Positions 1 through 11,700 are shown, numbered from the stretch's first letter. The stretch is 64,000 nucleotides of DNA from Patescibacteria group bacterium (GCA_016860985.1 BOKM01000001.1:317716-381715); one strand, 5' to 3'. The notes: generated by a model from the letters alone, not told the origin. Program-made: numbers and translations.

Positions 1-1
1 A

Positions 2-484
2 ATACGCTTGCGCTTTTGAAAGCGATGCTTGATTCTTCTCTAGAACTTGCAACACAGGATGATTAGCCGAAATGCCAACACCGATCATTACATCATAGGT
101 TTTACCATGAGTCACTGTTTTCATGTGCGTCATGTCCAGAGTTTCTTTGACTGGGACTACGGTTATCTGTAAATTTCCCTCAACAATGTCGTATGACACA
201 TCACCGATAGTTTCGCTTTTGTGAGTAATTGGAACCGAGATAACCTGACGCAGTTGCTCCAAAGAAACAACCATATCAGTTGGATACACTTCATCAACAC
301 GTTTTGGCCATCCTAGTACTTCTTGTGACACTAGTACCGTAATATCTTTGCCTTGCTTTTTTAGCAGAGAAACGACTGAAGGGACCCATAGTGCCAGTGG
401 CAACGGAAGATACTCGTGCATCAAAAACAGCACCTGTTTTGACTCTTTTAGTGTTTTGGCTACCTGTTTTGACAGTTCGAGCAT
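2..484 (-). CDS. hypothetical protein, C-terminally truncated by window edge (start codon at 482-484, no stop reached before position 1)
   Basis: Hand-translated minus-strand frame gives more than 160 aa without a stop (MLELSKQVAKTLKESKQVLFLMHEYLPL...). It is absent from the ORF track because it runs off the window edge. It follows the 515..1726 gene on the same strand. Confidence 0.4.
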   Translation of the reverse strand, partial: MLELSKQVAKTLKESKQVLFLMHEYLPLPLALWVPSVVSLLKKQGKDITVLVSQEVLGWPKRVDEVYPTDMVVSLEQLRQVISVPITHKSETIGDVSYDIVEGNLQITVVPVKETLDMTHMKTVTHGKTYDVMIGVGISANHPVLQVLEKNQASLSKAQAY

Positions 485-514
485 GCCGTATTATAGGACA
501 AATTGAGACAAAAA

Positions 515-1726
515 TCAAACCAGTTGTTCTATTCTCTTTGCCAACATCCCCCTGAATTCAAGGTAAGTCATCGTCACACCGTTATGGGTAAACTCAGCGC
601 CATCTCTAAAAAGAAATTTTGAATACATCTCTGGATTATAGTTCATCGTAGTAAAAAACTTATTCCAAAACTCTCTCCCATAAGTTTTAACCATCTGTTC
701 GGCGGCATAATACCCCAGTACAGACATTTCTCCGTAATTTTGAGGCTCGTTTTTACTCATTTTACTCGCATTACTCTCCAAGAGCACCTCTACAACACGT
801 TCCATACCAACCTCTTCCGCCCACTGTTTCATAAGTTTTAATACTTTTGGTTGAAATACTCGAGCATCGTAGCTCTCCCCCACTTCACCGACTGCAATAT
901 GCGCATCACCTTCAACGAAAAATAAATTACTCTGTTTTTCTGTGCTTTTATCATGGAATACATGTGCAAACTCATGTGCGAGCACTTTAGGTTTCAGTGA
1001 CTCATATATACAAACGACATTTGCACTATAGTGCTCGTGCTCAGTGCCAAACAACGAATTATCGTGAGGCGACACTGTGCGCATCGCGTATGAAGGATGC
1101 AAACCCTGGAACACAACGATTGGTTTATTTGGGTCTTTAGTTAATTGCTTTCTCTCTAAAGAAACCTTTCCATAAACTTCTGCAACTGTTTCTGGAGAAA
1201 GAAATCTTTCTTGCGTTACATATCCTAACCTCTTTCGTTGCTCTGGAGTAAATTCCATTGCCACAATTTCACCAATACGCTCAAAATCATTCTTTTTATG
1301 ATTACCAAACAACAGATCTCCTGTAGCATTAGCTCCCCTAGGAGCGCAAGTACAGAGCAATATATCTCTTTCTTTTGTTGGAACCCTTTGCACATAAAGT
1401 TTATAATGTCTATACAGTTCTTCTGGCGTTTTCTTAGTTGATCCAAACAACGCTGCAACTGCACCTTGAGCGTCCTCAATAGTTGCAGGAGGTATGACAT
1501 CAATTCTTCCTTGCCGACTTATACCAAGCTCAAGAATGGAGTTTAATAATCGGTTTGCTCCTTTGAAAGCTGCAAGTTCAATCTTTTCTGGAATTGTCGG
1601 GCGTGTGCGTGTTTCTAGGTTATAAATTGTATGACGAAATTGCTCTGATAATGTTGCGAGGCTTAAAGAAAGATCAGCATTCTTGTGCGCTATTGTAACT
1701 GGTATACCTTCTTGCTCAAATGGCAT
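515..1726 (-). CDS. putative HExxH zinc metallopeptidase (family not identified)
   Basis: 403-aa ORF with a HEFAH motif (AHEFAHVFHD) and a downstream acidic residue (FFVEGDAH). No confident family match by eye. Confidence 0.4.
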   Translation of the reverse strand: MPFEQEGIPVTIAHKNADLSLSLATLSEQFRHTIYNLETRTRPTIPEKIELAAFKGANRLLNSILELGISRQGRIDVIPPATIEDAQGAVAALFGSTKKTPEELYRHYKLYVQRVPTKERDILLCTCAPRGANATGDLLFGNHKKNDFERIGEIVAMEFTPEQRKRLGYVTQERFLSPETVAEVYGKVSLERKQLTKDPNKPIVVFQGLHPSYAMRTVSPHDNSLFGTEHEHYSANVVCIYESLKPKVLAHEFAHVFHDKSTEKQSNLFFVEGDAHIAVGEVGESYDARVFQPKVLKLMKQWAEEVGMERVVEVLLESNASKMSKNEPQNYGEMSVLGYYAAEQMVKTYGREFWNKFFTTMNYNPEMYSKFLFRDGAEFTHNGVTMTYLEFRGMLAKRIEQLV

Positions 1727-1750
1727 AAACGATTATAGCGCACGGTGTTG

Positions 1751-3307
1751 CTACTTTGCGATAAAGGTGACAATGTCCTCTTCTTTCAACTCTGCACCCT
1801 TACCAATATTGATTCCACACTCGGAACCCTTTTTAACAATATTCTTCTCGTCTTTAAGAATTTTTAGTGACTGGATTGGAAATTCTCCAATTACTTCGCC
1901 ATCTCTAGTAAATCGTGCGATTGAGCTTCTTCGTGCCTCACCATCTGTAATCACCGTACCTGCAACAACCTCTCCATCGGAGAGTACAAATACTTTTTTG
2001 ATTTTTCCAGTTCCTAACACAACCTCTTCTACTTCGCCACCACCAGAAAGTTTCTTAATGTAATTCTGAATCAAATCATAAAGGTGGTACACAATATCAA
2101 AAGTTGAGACGGTCACACCCTGCTGCTTTGCATATTCAACAACGTCGTTTGGTGCCTTAACTCGAAAGCCGATTAATAATGCCTTAAAAGTTTTTGCACT
2201 TTCAACATCATTGATTGATAACGCACCAACACCGCTTGAGATAACTTTAACCAATACTTTTTCGTTATTGAATTTCTCGAACGTAGGGAGAATTGAATAA
2301 AGTGAAGCATTTACATCTGTTTTAAGTACAACCGGAATCACAAATTCATGCGCATCGCCGAACAAGTCATCCATAAGCTCTTGTGAACTCTTCTTTTCTG
2401 AGGTTTGAACTATCGTGAACTTCTTTTCGACTGTTGCAACGACCTCTGGGGAATCCATATCTACGATATCAACTCCGGTCATTGGCAATTCGTTTAAGCT
2501 GGTTACTATAAATGCCATTCCTGGTGTTACTTCGTTAATTGGCTTTTTGTTTGAGTCAAAGAGTAAACCAACACGCTCTTTTGTTGGACCAAAAAGTAAC
2601 TGGTCACCTTTTTTAATGGTACCCATTCGTAATACACAAAAGGCTTGCTTACCAAGCGCCTTATCTACAGAACTATCCAATACAACACCGTGAACCTTTA
2701 CTGCCGAACTTGCCTCTCCAAATGCCTCAATTAACTTTACGCGTTCATGATCTTCGTCGAGCAATTTTTCGACATCTGCGTAAAGATATACAAGATCAAG
2801 GAGAGTGTCGAGCCCAACTTTGGTTACGGCAGATACCTCAACAAACGGAACATCACCGCCAAAACCTTCCAGGTACACACCTCTGGTCATAAGCTCAGTT
2901 TTCACCTTTTCTGGATTTGCATCTTCTTTGTCACATTTCGTAATAACCACAATATATTTCATGTGGTTTGATTGGATGATATCGATAGATTCTAGTGTTT
3001 GAGGTTTTACGCCCTCGTCTGCTGCAACGATAAGAAAAGCAATATCGGCGACCTTTCCACCATTCACACGCATCAAACTAAAAACTTCGTGCCCTGGGGT
3101 ATCGACAAAGGTAATTGTATCTTGCTTCCATTGAACGTTGGAGATGTAGATATTCTGTGTAATCCCACCTGGTTCACCCTTTTGCACCGTCGTGTTTCGA
3201 ATTGCATCAAGCAAGGAGGTCTTTCCATGGTCAACATGGCCCAACACAACAACGATTGGGTTTCTTGGTAATTTTTGTGTTTCTGCCATGGTATCCTTGA
3301 TTCGCAA
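1751..3307 (-). CDS. infB: translation initiation factor IF-2 (short form lacking N-terminal domains)
   Basis: G-domain P-loop VVVLGHVDHGKTSLLDAIR, DTPGHEVF, NKCD-like TKCD, and beta-barrel domains. Lies immediately downstream of nusA on the same strand. Confidence 0.9.
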   Translation of the reverse strand: MRIKDTMAETQKLPRNPIVVVLGHVDHGKTSLLDAIRNTTVQKGEPGGITQNIYISNVQWKQDTITFVDTPGHEVFSLMRVNGGKVADIAFLIVAADEGVKPQTLESIDIIQSNHMKYIVVITKCDKEDANPEKVKTELMTRGVYLEGFGGDVPFVEVSAVTKVGLDTLLDLVYLYADVEKLLDEDHERVKLIEAFGEASSAVKVHGVVLDSSVDKALGKQAFCVLRMGTIKKGDQLLFGPTKERVGLLFDSNKKPINEVTPGMAFIVTSLNELPMTGVDIVDMDSPEVVATVEKKFTIVQTSEKKSSQELMDDLFGDAHEFVIPVVLKTDVNASLYSILPTFEKFNNEKVLVKVISSGVGALSINDVESAKTFKALLIGFRVKAPNDVVEYAKQQGVTVSTFDIVYHLYDLIQNYIKKLSGGGEVEEVVLGTGKIKKVFVLSDGEVVAGTVITDGEARRSSIARFTRDGEVIGEFPIQSLKILKDEKNIVKKGSECGINIGKGAELKEEDIVTFIAK

Positions 3308-3309
3308 AT

Positions 3310-4473
3310 TTATTTCTTTACTGCCTTTTTAACTGCAGCTTTTTTAACTGTAGTTTTTTTTACTGTAGCCTTTTTAGCTACAACTTTTTTTTCTGCTTTA
3401 ACTTCTTTTTCTTTCGCAGGTTTTAATTCTGCTTTTTCTTTAGGTTCTTCGCCTTCTTGCACAACACTAATTTCGACACCCGTAAGAAGTGATGCAAGTC
3501 TGACGTTTGTACCCTCTCGGCCGATTGCCAACGAGAGCTGATCTTCTGGCACAACAACTACTGCTGAACTTCGAGCATGGTTGTATAAGACTTTTAAGAC
3601 AGATGCTGGAGACAATGCATTCTTAATATATTCGATGATATCCAAATCCCATTTTACGATGTCAACTTTTTCTTCGCCTAATTCATTCATAATTGCGTTG
3701 ATTCGCATTCCTCTTTGTCCAATACAGGCACCTTGTGGATCAAGCCCATCTTGATTTGAGGATACTGCAACCTTTGAGCGCATTCCTGCAAATCGAGCAA
3801 TGCCCTTAATCTCTACTTGATCGTTGGAGATTTCTGGAACTTCCATTGCAAAGAGTGCTTTTACAAAGCCCTCGTCGCTTCGTGAAAGAATGACGTGTCT
3901 GTTATTTTCTTCGTTAATCAACTCCTTAACAAGGAAGCGGTATCTTTTACCAATTTCATAAAACTCTGCCTTGATTTGTTCGTTCTCTGGCATTTCACCA
4001 ACACCCTTTTCAAGTTCGACGAGTACTAAACCAGCTCGAACACCTTGGATTTTGCCGGTAACAATTTCGCCAAGTCTTTGTGAGTAGAACTCTACAACTG
4101 CCTCTCGTTCTGCGTCTCGAATTTTACCCATAACTGTGTATTTAGCTGCCTGAGCTGCAATTCTTCCGAGAGACCCCACAGGAATTTCGATTTCAAGTTC
4201 GTCGCCGACTTTGACTTCTTTTGAGAACTTCTTCGCGTCTGCAAGGGACAATTCATTTTTGTCATCCGAAACGGTTTTAACGACTTCTTTAACGATATAC
4301 ATGTGAAAAGCACCTGTTAATCGGTCAATTTCTACTTTAACTTTTGTTTCCTCTCCGTTTTCTTTTTTATAAGCATCGGCAACTGCGGTTTGTAAGGCGG
4401 TAAAAACGATATCTGGATTCACTCCGTGTTCAGCGCAAATTTGATTGACGGCAGAAATGAGTTCATTTCCCAT
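3310..4473 (-). CDS. nusA: transcription termination/antitermination factor NusA with Lys/Ala-rich C-terminal tail
   Basis: N-terminal NusA domain (ISAVNQICAEHGV...), S1 and KH regions (GxxG: AIGREGTNVR). Conserved nusA-infB order. Confidence 0.9.
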   Translation of the reverse strand: MGNELISAVNQICAEHGVNPDIVFTALQTAVADAYKKENGEETKVKVEIDRLTGAFHMYIVKEVVKTVSDDKNELSLADAKKFSKEVKVGDELEIEIPVGSLGRIAAQAAKYTVMGKIRDAEREAVVEFYSQRLGEIVTGKIQGVRAGLVLVELEKGVGEMPENEQIKAEFYEIGKRYRFLVKELINEENNRHVILSRSDEGFVKALFAMEVPEISNDQVEIKGIARFAGMRSKVAVSSNQDGLDPQGACIGQRGMRINAIMNELGEEKVDIVKWDLDIIEYIKNALSPASVLKVLYNHARSSAVVVVPEDQLSLAIGREGTNVRLASLLTGVEISVVQEGEEPKEKAELKPAKEKEVKAEKKVVAKKATVKKTTVKKAAVKKAVKK

Positions 4474-4537
4474 GAGGTAATGGCGTGATGTTAGTTACTG
4501 TGGAATTATATCACAATAGTGTGCTGTAACTAAAAAG

Positions 4538-4948
4538 TTACCCCTTTCTCCTGTCTTCGGGAACGATCTCGCTCAAACCAGAGTTTTTGTTCATTTCTCG
4601 CGCGACTTGATGCAGGAATACATGAACATCGTTATCAAGTGCTACTTTTCTATCTGCTTCGAGGCTTCTTGCTGCTTCAACCATATTTAATCCGAGCTCC
4701 CTGCCGTGAAGGGCGGAGCAAATATCGCAGAGCACCGTTTTCCAAACTGCCGGCCTCCCTCTTCGTTCTTCCGACGACTTGTTTTCTAGATCATTAACAA
4801 CAAACTCTAGTGCCTTGCGCGCATCTTGTTCTTCTAGGTATGCAACAGCAGCGTTGTAAAAGTTATCCTTACCAGTAAAATTTGCCGGTGCTCTTTTCGT
4901 CATCAAATTGTAAACAACATCAAGTGTTTGTGATACAGAACCGGCCAT
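4538..4948 (-). CDS. hypothetical protein (occupies the position where rimP is usually found, but not RimP-like)
   Basis: 136-aa ORF upstream of nusA on the same strand. No recognisable motif. Confidence 0.4.
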   Translation of the reverse strand: MAGSVSQTLDVVYNLMTKRAPANFTGKDNFYNAAVAYLEEQDARKALEFVVNDLENKSSEERRGRPAVWKTVLCDICSALHGRELGLNMVEAARSLEADRKVALDNDVHVFLHQVAREMNKNSGLSEIVPEDRRKG

Positions 4949-4968
4949 TGATTATAATACGACAAAAA

Positions 4969-5385
4969 TTATTCAACTTCTACTCCGCGGTACTTTTTTC
5001 TTGCTTCGATAATCCCTCTGTCAGCTGCACCCCCAAGCAATCCCCCAAAGGTTTCGATATGATCTTCTGTTTGGATTTCAAATGCTGGGTTTGGTTCTTC
5101 TGCATATTTTTTCCACATTGTTTTTGCTCCGAGTAAGAACGACTCTCTTAACGAAAGTCTTGCTCTCTCGTCTTCTGAAAGCCGTAGCGCTGTCAAAAAA
5201 GCCTCTCTCTGATAAAGTTCCTTTAGTTCGTTTGCTGCCTCGGTAAAATCATGAGCCTGAAGAGCCATTACCGCAGAAGCAGCCATTGCACCAGAAAAGG
5301 CAATGTAGTGTGTTGCTCCATGAGCTATTCCATCTCTGAGTGCCTGAATCGAAAGTTCTATTGAGTCCCTATTGTACGTCGCCAC
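4969..5385 (-). CDS. hypothetical protein
   Basis: 138-aa ORF between dnaJ and nusA, same orientation. Helical, Ala-rich. Confidence 0.4.
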   Translation of the reverse strand: MATYNRDSIELSIQALRDGIAHGATHYIAFSGAMAASAVMALQAHDFTEAANELKELYQREAFLTALRLSEDERARLSLRESFLLGAKTMWKKYAEEPNPAFEIQTEDHIETFGGLLGGAADRGIIEARKKYRGVEVE

Positions 5386-5397
5386 CTCAATACCTGT

Positions 5398-6525
5398 TTA
5401 TTTAATATCGCTCGCAAGCGCCTCCCATGATTTTCTTTCTTCTTTGGACACCTTTTTTGGTATCACAATCTTGACTGCCAACTTTATATCTCCTTTTGTA
5501 GAGGAACCTAGTTTATAAGCTCCCATCCCTTTAGCAGTAAGGGTATCCCCCGGTTGAGTTCCTGCCGGAATCTTTAAATCATATTCTCCGTATGGTGTTT
5601 TAAGTGTAACAATTCCACCGAGTACTGCCTTAGCAGGATGCAGCTCTAGTTCGCTAAAAAGCGTTTCTTTATCTCTTCGATACTGCAAAAACTGCGACAC
5701 ATTTAACGTCATATATAAATCACCTGCTGGTCCGTTATGACGACCGACATTGCCTCCACCTCTGAATTTGAGTGTTAGTCCATCGTATGAACCTTGTGGG
5801 ATTTTAACATCGAGATGAACTTTTTCTGCGACTCTTCCAGTCGTTTTACACTGCGTGCAGGGATCGGAAATAGTTCGCCCTGTGCCTTGACATGTAGGAC
5901 AAGGAGATTGATACATAAAGTTTCCAAGTAGGGTTGCCTGCTGATATTGCACCATGCCAGACCCACCACATTTTACACAGCTAGTTGTCTTCTGCGACAA
6001 ACTGCCGCTCCCTTTACAAGACTTACACGTTCCGTAACGCTCATATTCAACGGTTACTTCACCACCCTTGTTGGCTGTATCAAATTGTATTTTTATTGTT
6101 ACTTCGCGGTCTTCTCCCTGTTCAGCTTCAACTGACTTTCGAGTGTTGCGCCTTGAAGCACCACCCATGCCTGCTCCAAAAAAATCACCGAACACACTAC
6201 CAAAAAGGTTTGACATATCGCCCATATCAAAAACCTGCGAATACTGAGACCAATCTCCACCCATGGGACTTCCGCCTTGAGTCCCTCCAAAGCCGCCTTT
6301 TACGCCGGCTTCTCCGTACTGGTCGTACATCTGGCGTTTTTGCGTATCCGACAAAATTTCGTATGCCTCACCTACTTCCTTAAATCTCTCTTCCGCATCC
6401 TTTTCTTTGTTGCGATCCGGATGATATTTAGCTGCGAGTTTTCGGTAGGCACGTTTAATTTCATCTTGGGTTGCGTTTTTTTCGACACCCAATACCTCAT
6501 AATAGCTTTTTCCTGATTTTGACAT
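5398..6525 (-). CDS. dnaJ: molecular chaperone DnaJ
   Basis: J-domain [34 protein letters not shown]-rich region, four CxxCxGxG zinc-finger repeats ([32 protein letters not shown]). Confidence 0.9.
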   Translation of the reverse strand: MSKSGKSYYEVLGVEKNATQDEIKRAYRKLAAKYHPDRNKEKDAEERFKEVGEAYEILSDTQKRQMYDQYGEAGVKGGFGGTQGGSPMGGDWSQYSQVFDMGDMSNLFGSVFGDFFGAGMGGASRRNTRKSVEAEQGEDREVTIKIQFDTANKGGEVTVEYERYGTCKSCKGSGSLSQKTTSCVKCGGSGMVQYQQATLLGNFMYQSPCPTCQGTGRTISDPCTQCKTTGRVAEKVHLDVKIPQGSYDGLTLKFRGGGNVGRHNGPAGDLYMTLNVSQFLQYRRDKETLFSELELHPAKAVLGGIVTLKTPYGEYDLKIPAGTQPGDTLTAKGMGAYKLGSSTKGDIKLAVKIVIPKKVSKEERKSWEALASDIK

Positions 6526-6552
6526 AGTTTCTTCCTTTCTTTATACTAGACA

Positions 6553-7356
6553 ATGCTCCCGATTCTACCAAAAATCGACACCTCACTACAAGAAACAGTA
6601 CCGCAACTGCCCAAACGACGTGTAAAAGCTCCACAAAAGCAGAAAAAGAGCACCGAATCTTCGACAAAGACTATCGCTCCATTTCTTCCAAAATTGTTTT
6701 TAATTATTGGGGTTGTACTTATATTTTCGCAAATCATCCCACTCGCCTTATCGGTTTACAATGGTTATTCACTTTCAGCAAACAGCTCAACCTTTCTACC
6801 TGTTTCGGAATCTTTCATACAAAAATTAACCAATGTTACTTATATTGATCCCGGAGCTGCGTGGTTTGAAGCAGTAGTCGCACAAAATCATGCGCCTCAG
6901 ATAGACCTCAACTACAGCAAGACTATGAAAATTTCGATTGACAACGCGAACATCTCACGTGTAAACCTTGCAGCGAATATCCCCGGTAATAACCCCGCTA
7001 TTTATGACGAAGCGTTAAAGCATGGTGTTGCTCACTTGAAAGGTACCTCTGTACCCGGTGACCCTGGATTAAGCGTGATTTATGGGCACAGTGGTGTAGC
7101 AGGTTTTTTTACTGGTAGAGGCAGCCCCCAGATAATTTTTTCTCGCCTTGATACCGTATCCATTGGTGATACAATGTCCATAGATAGGGACGGCAAAGAA
7201 CTACGTTACGTCGTTTCAGGAAAGAAAATTGTCGAGCCCCAGGACCTGACATTTATGAGCGAGCAAACAGATAAGGAGCGAGCGATTCTCCTCACTTGTT
7301 GGCCACTCGGTATCGGGACTAAAAGATTAATTATTATTGCTGATCGACTACAATGA
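6553..7356 (+). CDS. sortase family transpeptidase (N-terminal membrane anchor)
   Basis: TM segment LFLIIGVVLIFSQIIPLAL; catalytic His in IYGHSG; TLxTC-type cysteine motif AILLTCWP; conserved Arg near C-terminus. Its TGA stop overlaps the start of the next gene (ATGA). Confidence 0.7.
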   Translation: MLPILPKIDTSLQETVPQLPKRRVKAPQKQKKSTESSTKTIAPFLPKLFLIIGVVLIFSQIIPLALSVYNGYSLSANSSTFLPVSESFIQKLTNVTYIDPGAAWFEAVVAQNHAPQIDLNYSKTMKISIDNANISRVNLAANIPGNNPAIYDEALKHGVAHLKGTSVPGDPGLSVIYGHSGVAGFFTGRGSPQIIFSRLDTVSIGDTMSIDRDGKELRYVVSGKKIVEPQDLTFMSEQTDKERAILLTCWPLGIGTKRLIIIADRLQ

Positions 7357-8720
7357 ATAAAAAAGGACCAGTTATCGCATTATTATTTATAGGTATTGTT
7401 GGCATCGTTGTTGTAATTGCCATTTTGGTATCACGAGTACTCAATAACGGGGGAAATAATAATACAGGAACTATTGAACTCAACTACATGGGCTTGTGGG
7501 ATGTTCCAGAAGTTTATGAACCACTCATCCAAGAATATCAAGAAAAACACCCTAATATAAAGATTACCTATACAAAGGCAAGCTTTATCAATCAAAACAA
7601 TTTTTCTTATAAAGGTGTTTACCAAACCAATGCAGAAGAAAGAATAACTAGTGGTGCCGTCGATATTGTCCGTGTTCATCAAACATGGATTCCAAAATTA
7701 CTTCCACAGCTTTACGCCGCACCTTCAGACGTTATGACAGGGACTCAAGCAAAAGAGCTTTACTACCCAGCTGTCTACGAAGCAATAACGACCTCTAACA
7801 ACCTTGTTTACGGCGCGCCACAAATTGTTGACGGTCTTGTGCTCATTTACAACAAAGAATTATTTACGCAAGCACAACTTGACCCAAGAATATCAACAAA
7901 AGACTGGGATGTTACACTTCAAACTGCAAAAAAACTTACAAAGCGAAATGCAAACGGAACAATTGCGGTGGCAGGTATTAACATGGGGAGTGTTTCCAAT
8001 GTAAGAAGCTCACCAGAAATTCTCTTAACAATGCTCACCCAATCTGCAATTCCTGTAGTGAATGTCGATGCAGGAACAGGAAAAATTCAAGCAGATTTTG
8101 CAAGCCCAGAAGGAGCTGCAGCGATTAACCGCTTCTTTGAATTTGCTAATCAGAAGAATGATAAGAAAGAAGATATTGGTGCGTGGTCATCTCGAATGGA
8201 AGATGATTTACAAGCGTTTGCAAACGGCCGACTTGCCATGCTTATTGCCCCAAGCTGGAGAGTAATCGATCTTGTAGGAATGAACTCTGCATTACAGTTT
8301 GATACATTACCACTTCCTGTTCTTCCTGGAGCAAACCCCAATGTTCCGCAATACCTCTCTTCCTTCTGGATAGATGTTGTTTCTAAAAAATCAAAAAATC
8401 CAAAGGAAGCATGGGCTTTTCTTAAGTGGCTCGGTGAACCAGAACAACTTAGACGAGTCTACAAAGTGCAGACAGAAAAGCGACTCATTGGGAACCCCTA
8501 TCCTCGAAAAGACATGGCAACAGAACAAGCAAGTGCACCTTACATTAGCGCTGTATTAGAAATGGCGCCAAAGATGAAAAGTTGGCCCTTATATGACTAC
8601 GGTGTATGGGAAGAAACCTTTCGAAAAGGCTTGCTGGAATTTGAAGACCGTGGCGGTATTACAGAAGCAGATTTAAAGAAAATACAGGATCAGATAAACA
8701 ATTTAACTTTGAAACGCTAG
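7353..8720 (+). CDS. extracellular solute-binding protein (ABC-transporter family 1 type), orphan with no permease or ATPase nearby
   Basis: N-terminal TM anchor, about 450 aa. Family-1 SBP-like segments FANGRLAMLIAPSWR and SKNPKEAWAFLKWLGEPEQ. Confidence 0.65.
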   Translation: MNKKGPVIALLFIGIVGIVVVIAILVSRVLNNGGNNNTGTIELNYMGLWDVPEVYEPLIQEYQEKHPNIKITYTKASFINQNNFSYKGVYQTNAEERITSGAVDIVRVHQTWIPKLLPQLYAAPSDVMTGTQAKELYYPAVYEAITTSNNLVYGAPQIVDGLVLIYNKELFTQAQLDPRISTKDWDVTLQTAKKLTKRNANGTIAVAGINMGSVSNVRSSPEILLTMLTQSAIPVVNVDAGTGKIQADFASPEGAAAINRFFEFANQKNDKKEDIGAWSSRMEDDLQAFANGRLAMLIAPSWRVIDLVGMNSALQFDTLPLPVLPGANPNVPQYLSSFWIDVVSKKSKNPKEAWAFLKWLGEPEQLRRVYKVQTEKRLIGNPYPRKDMATEQASAPYISAVLEMAPKMKSWPLYDYGVWEETFRKGLLEFEDRGGITEADLKKIQDQINNLTLKR

Positions 8721-8723
8721 CCC

Positions 8724-11700
8724 GTGAGAAAAGAAAGAACAAGACAGTGGTTAACACTCTTCTCCTTATTTATGTTATTGGTACTGCCAACTGCGATTGT
8801 CGGTTTCAATAATTTCTCAACCTTTGTTAATCGTGCCTTTGCAAAGCCTTTCCAGAAACAAGAGGCAACCTTTTTAGTGCAATCAGAGAGTTCTGCTGGT
8901 ATTGCAACAGGCTCAAAATTCTCCTTAAAGCTTACAGCAGCCACACCAAAAACACTTCCGCTTAAACATTTTGCTGCTTTTATTGAGTTTGATAAATCAA
9001 AAGTTGATATCTCTTCGGTTCAACTTCAAAATACAAAACTACTTAAAGTAGTTGCCTACCAAAATGGCTATCTTGTGCTTCCAGTAAATGCTGCTGTACC
9101 CACAAACTTTAGAGAGCTTTACCCCGAGACCTGCGCAGCAAACGATTCTTGTGATTTTAGCCAGTTTTCCGCAGGAACTGTCGACCTCGTTATAAATGGA
9201 GTTCTTCTTTCCGCACTTACTGAACAACAGCGCCCAATTAAGGTTACAATGCTAGGAGCCTCAGAAACAAGTACCGTTGCAATTTGGAACGAAAAAATTA
9301 TTCTCCCTTCGCTTAATTTGGGAGAGTTTGTAAAAAACAACGCACCGAGTTTTACCTCAGAACCTCAACCGTATATTCACGAAGCAAAGCTATTTGAGTA
9401 CGATATCTCAATCGCAGACAAAGATAGTGACCCTGTCACTCTATCTCTCGAATGCCCAACAACTGCATTCTGTGACAAATTGCAAACAGCACCAGAAGGT
9501 ATCACACTCGAAGGTTCAACTCTGCGATGGGATACTCCTCTCTACGCTGAATCACCTTATACCATTACTGTTTATGCGAACGACGGAAAGAGTGTATCTA
9601 CACAAACCTTTTCTTTGAAAGTTCTCCAAACAGATACATCGTACTTCTCCTGCACGTTTACCCCAGCACTGTCGGTAAAAATCCTTGATTATAGAGTAGA
9701 AACGCCTTTAATCATATTTGCTCAAAGTTCTGCAGATTTATCGAAAGCCGTAGTAACACTTGAAAAAGATGGTGTCACAGAAAAAACCTTTACATACGAC
9801 TTTACTCCCAGCAAAAAAACAATTATTCTTGATCAATCAAGTAATCCCGCACTTACCTACAAGTTTAAAGAAGGTAACTACACTGGTACCGCTACCTTTA
9901 CCTCTACAAGTGGTGCTAACTTTACCTGCGAACTAACCAACCCAACCGTTTCCTTTACCTCTTTACTGCGCCAAGCATTTATTCACACTGTCGAAAATAT
10001 AGTAGAGGTTGTGCAAGCACAGGGGCTTACCGTTGGAACAAACACTGCGCCGACCTTTACGTCAGACCCAATGGCACCTGCAACAAGTGGAGGGTCGTCA
10101 CCATCAGTCTCTTTCGTATACGGAACGCCGTACAGTTTTACACTTAAAGCGCAAGATAGCGATGGTGACCCGTTGCAACATACAATTGTTGCAAAACCAG
10201 CATGGGCATCCGTTGCAGTTTCATCTAGCACAAGTACCACGGGGCCATCGAACTATAATATCCAATTTACTGGCACTCCGGCAGAAAAACACGCAGGCAG
10301 CAACCTTTTTTCAGTTAGTATCAATGATGGTTATGGTCACTATATTACACGCACATGGGTAATCAACGTGGATTATCCAGATAACGACATCCCGAGAGTA
10401 ACCATTATTGAACCCGTAAAAGCAGTAACGCGATATCAAGGCAGCCCTTTTCTTCTCAAGTGGGAGGTTGAAGACAGACACCAAGTAGTCTCCTTTAAGA
10501 TTCAATACACAAAGAATCTTTCTTCAGGATCAAAAACGACTTACAACAACAATGTTTCGTATAAGACACGTGGGCTAACGATTAACACCTCTTCCATGCC
10601 TCCTGGTGACTACTACTTCATTGTTTCTGCAGTTGACGGATTTTCTCCACCAGCAACAGGTGCCGGATATACAGCAATGGTTAGAATACTCCCACCTAAA
10701 CCGAAACCATCTCCAACACCAAAGCCAACCAGCACACCCTCACCAACCGCTACTCCGACGGCAACGTCAACGGTAACTGCTTCACCAACACCCACACCTA
10801 CCCCCACTGCAACAGAAGAACCAACTCCTGAACCAGACGAAATTACGATTCAAATAACAACACCAAAAAATCAAGCTCAAATTGCACCAAATGAGTTCCA
10901 AGCAGTCATAACACTCGCTGCCTCAAAAGAAGGTGAACTTCAAAAATCTGGAATAACCGTTCGATTAGATACAGAAGTTATTACTGATAAATTTACCTTT
11001 TCAGCAGAAAAAGGAAAAACCCTTACCGCGAGTTATAAACCCACAACTTTATTAGAACCGGGAATACACGAACTTATCGTTACAGCAAAAGACAGTAAAG
11101 GTAAAGAGAAAGAAGCCAAAGTCTCCTTTACTGTTCTTTCAGACACTCAACCTACAGATAATAACGTAAACTTTTTGGGGTTTGATATTCCAAAACACTT
11201 ATATACGCTCTTTGTAGCGGCGCTCATACTCATCATTATTCTTATTCTGCTTCCGCTTATACTTTACTTCGCTTTTAGAAACTCAGACAAAGAATCCCCC
11301 CCTCCAAACCGCCGATTACCCGCTGCTCCAACCGGTTCAAGTGCACCACCATCACTAAAAACTCCTGGTACTGCCTTTGCTCAACCAGTCATTACCAAAG
11401 CTAACGAAGGTCCAGCATTCCAGCCCGTAGTAATACCAAAAAATGATATTCCGACGGAAGCGCCAAAGATTACACCTCCAGAAACGTTACAAAGCTTTGT
11501 TGCACAAAGTTCAATGAACGAAGCACAACAAAAAGCAGAGGGTAATCGAGTACCACAACAAGTCGCAGGACCTACGTTTACACCTCCCCCACCGGTGCAA
11601 CCAACTAAACCTTTTGTTCCAATGGTAAAAGAACAAAGTATTAAGCCAGCGACTTCGATAAAGAATGATCCACCACCACAAATAAGACCAACTCCATTTA

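Noticed and set aside
294-518. 74-aa ORF from the track
   Set aside because: A longer edge-truncated ORF overlaps it on the same strand in another frame, and it overlaps the start region of the neighbouring 403-aa gene. It is most likely spurious.
10613-10807. Minus-strand 64-aa ORF encoding GVGVGVG repeats
   Set aside because: It is the antisense mirror of the Pro/Thr-linker low-complexity tract inside the 1123-aa surface-protein gene. It has no independent support.
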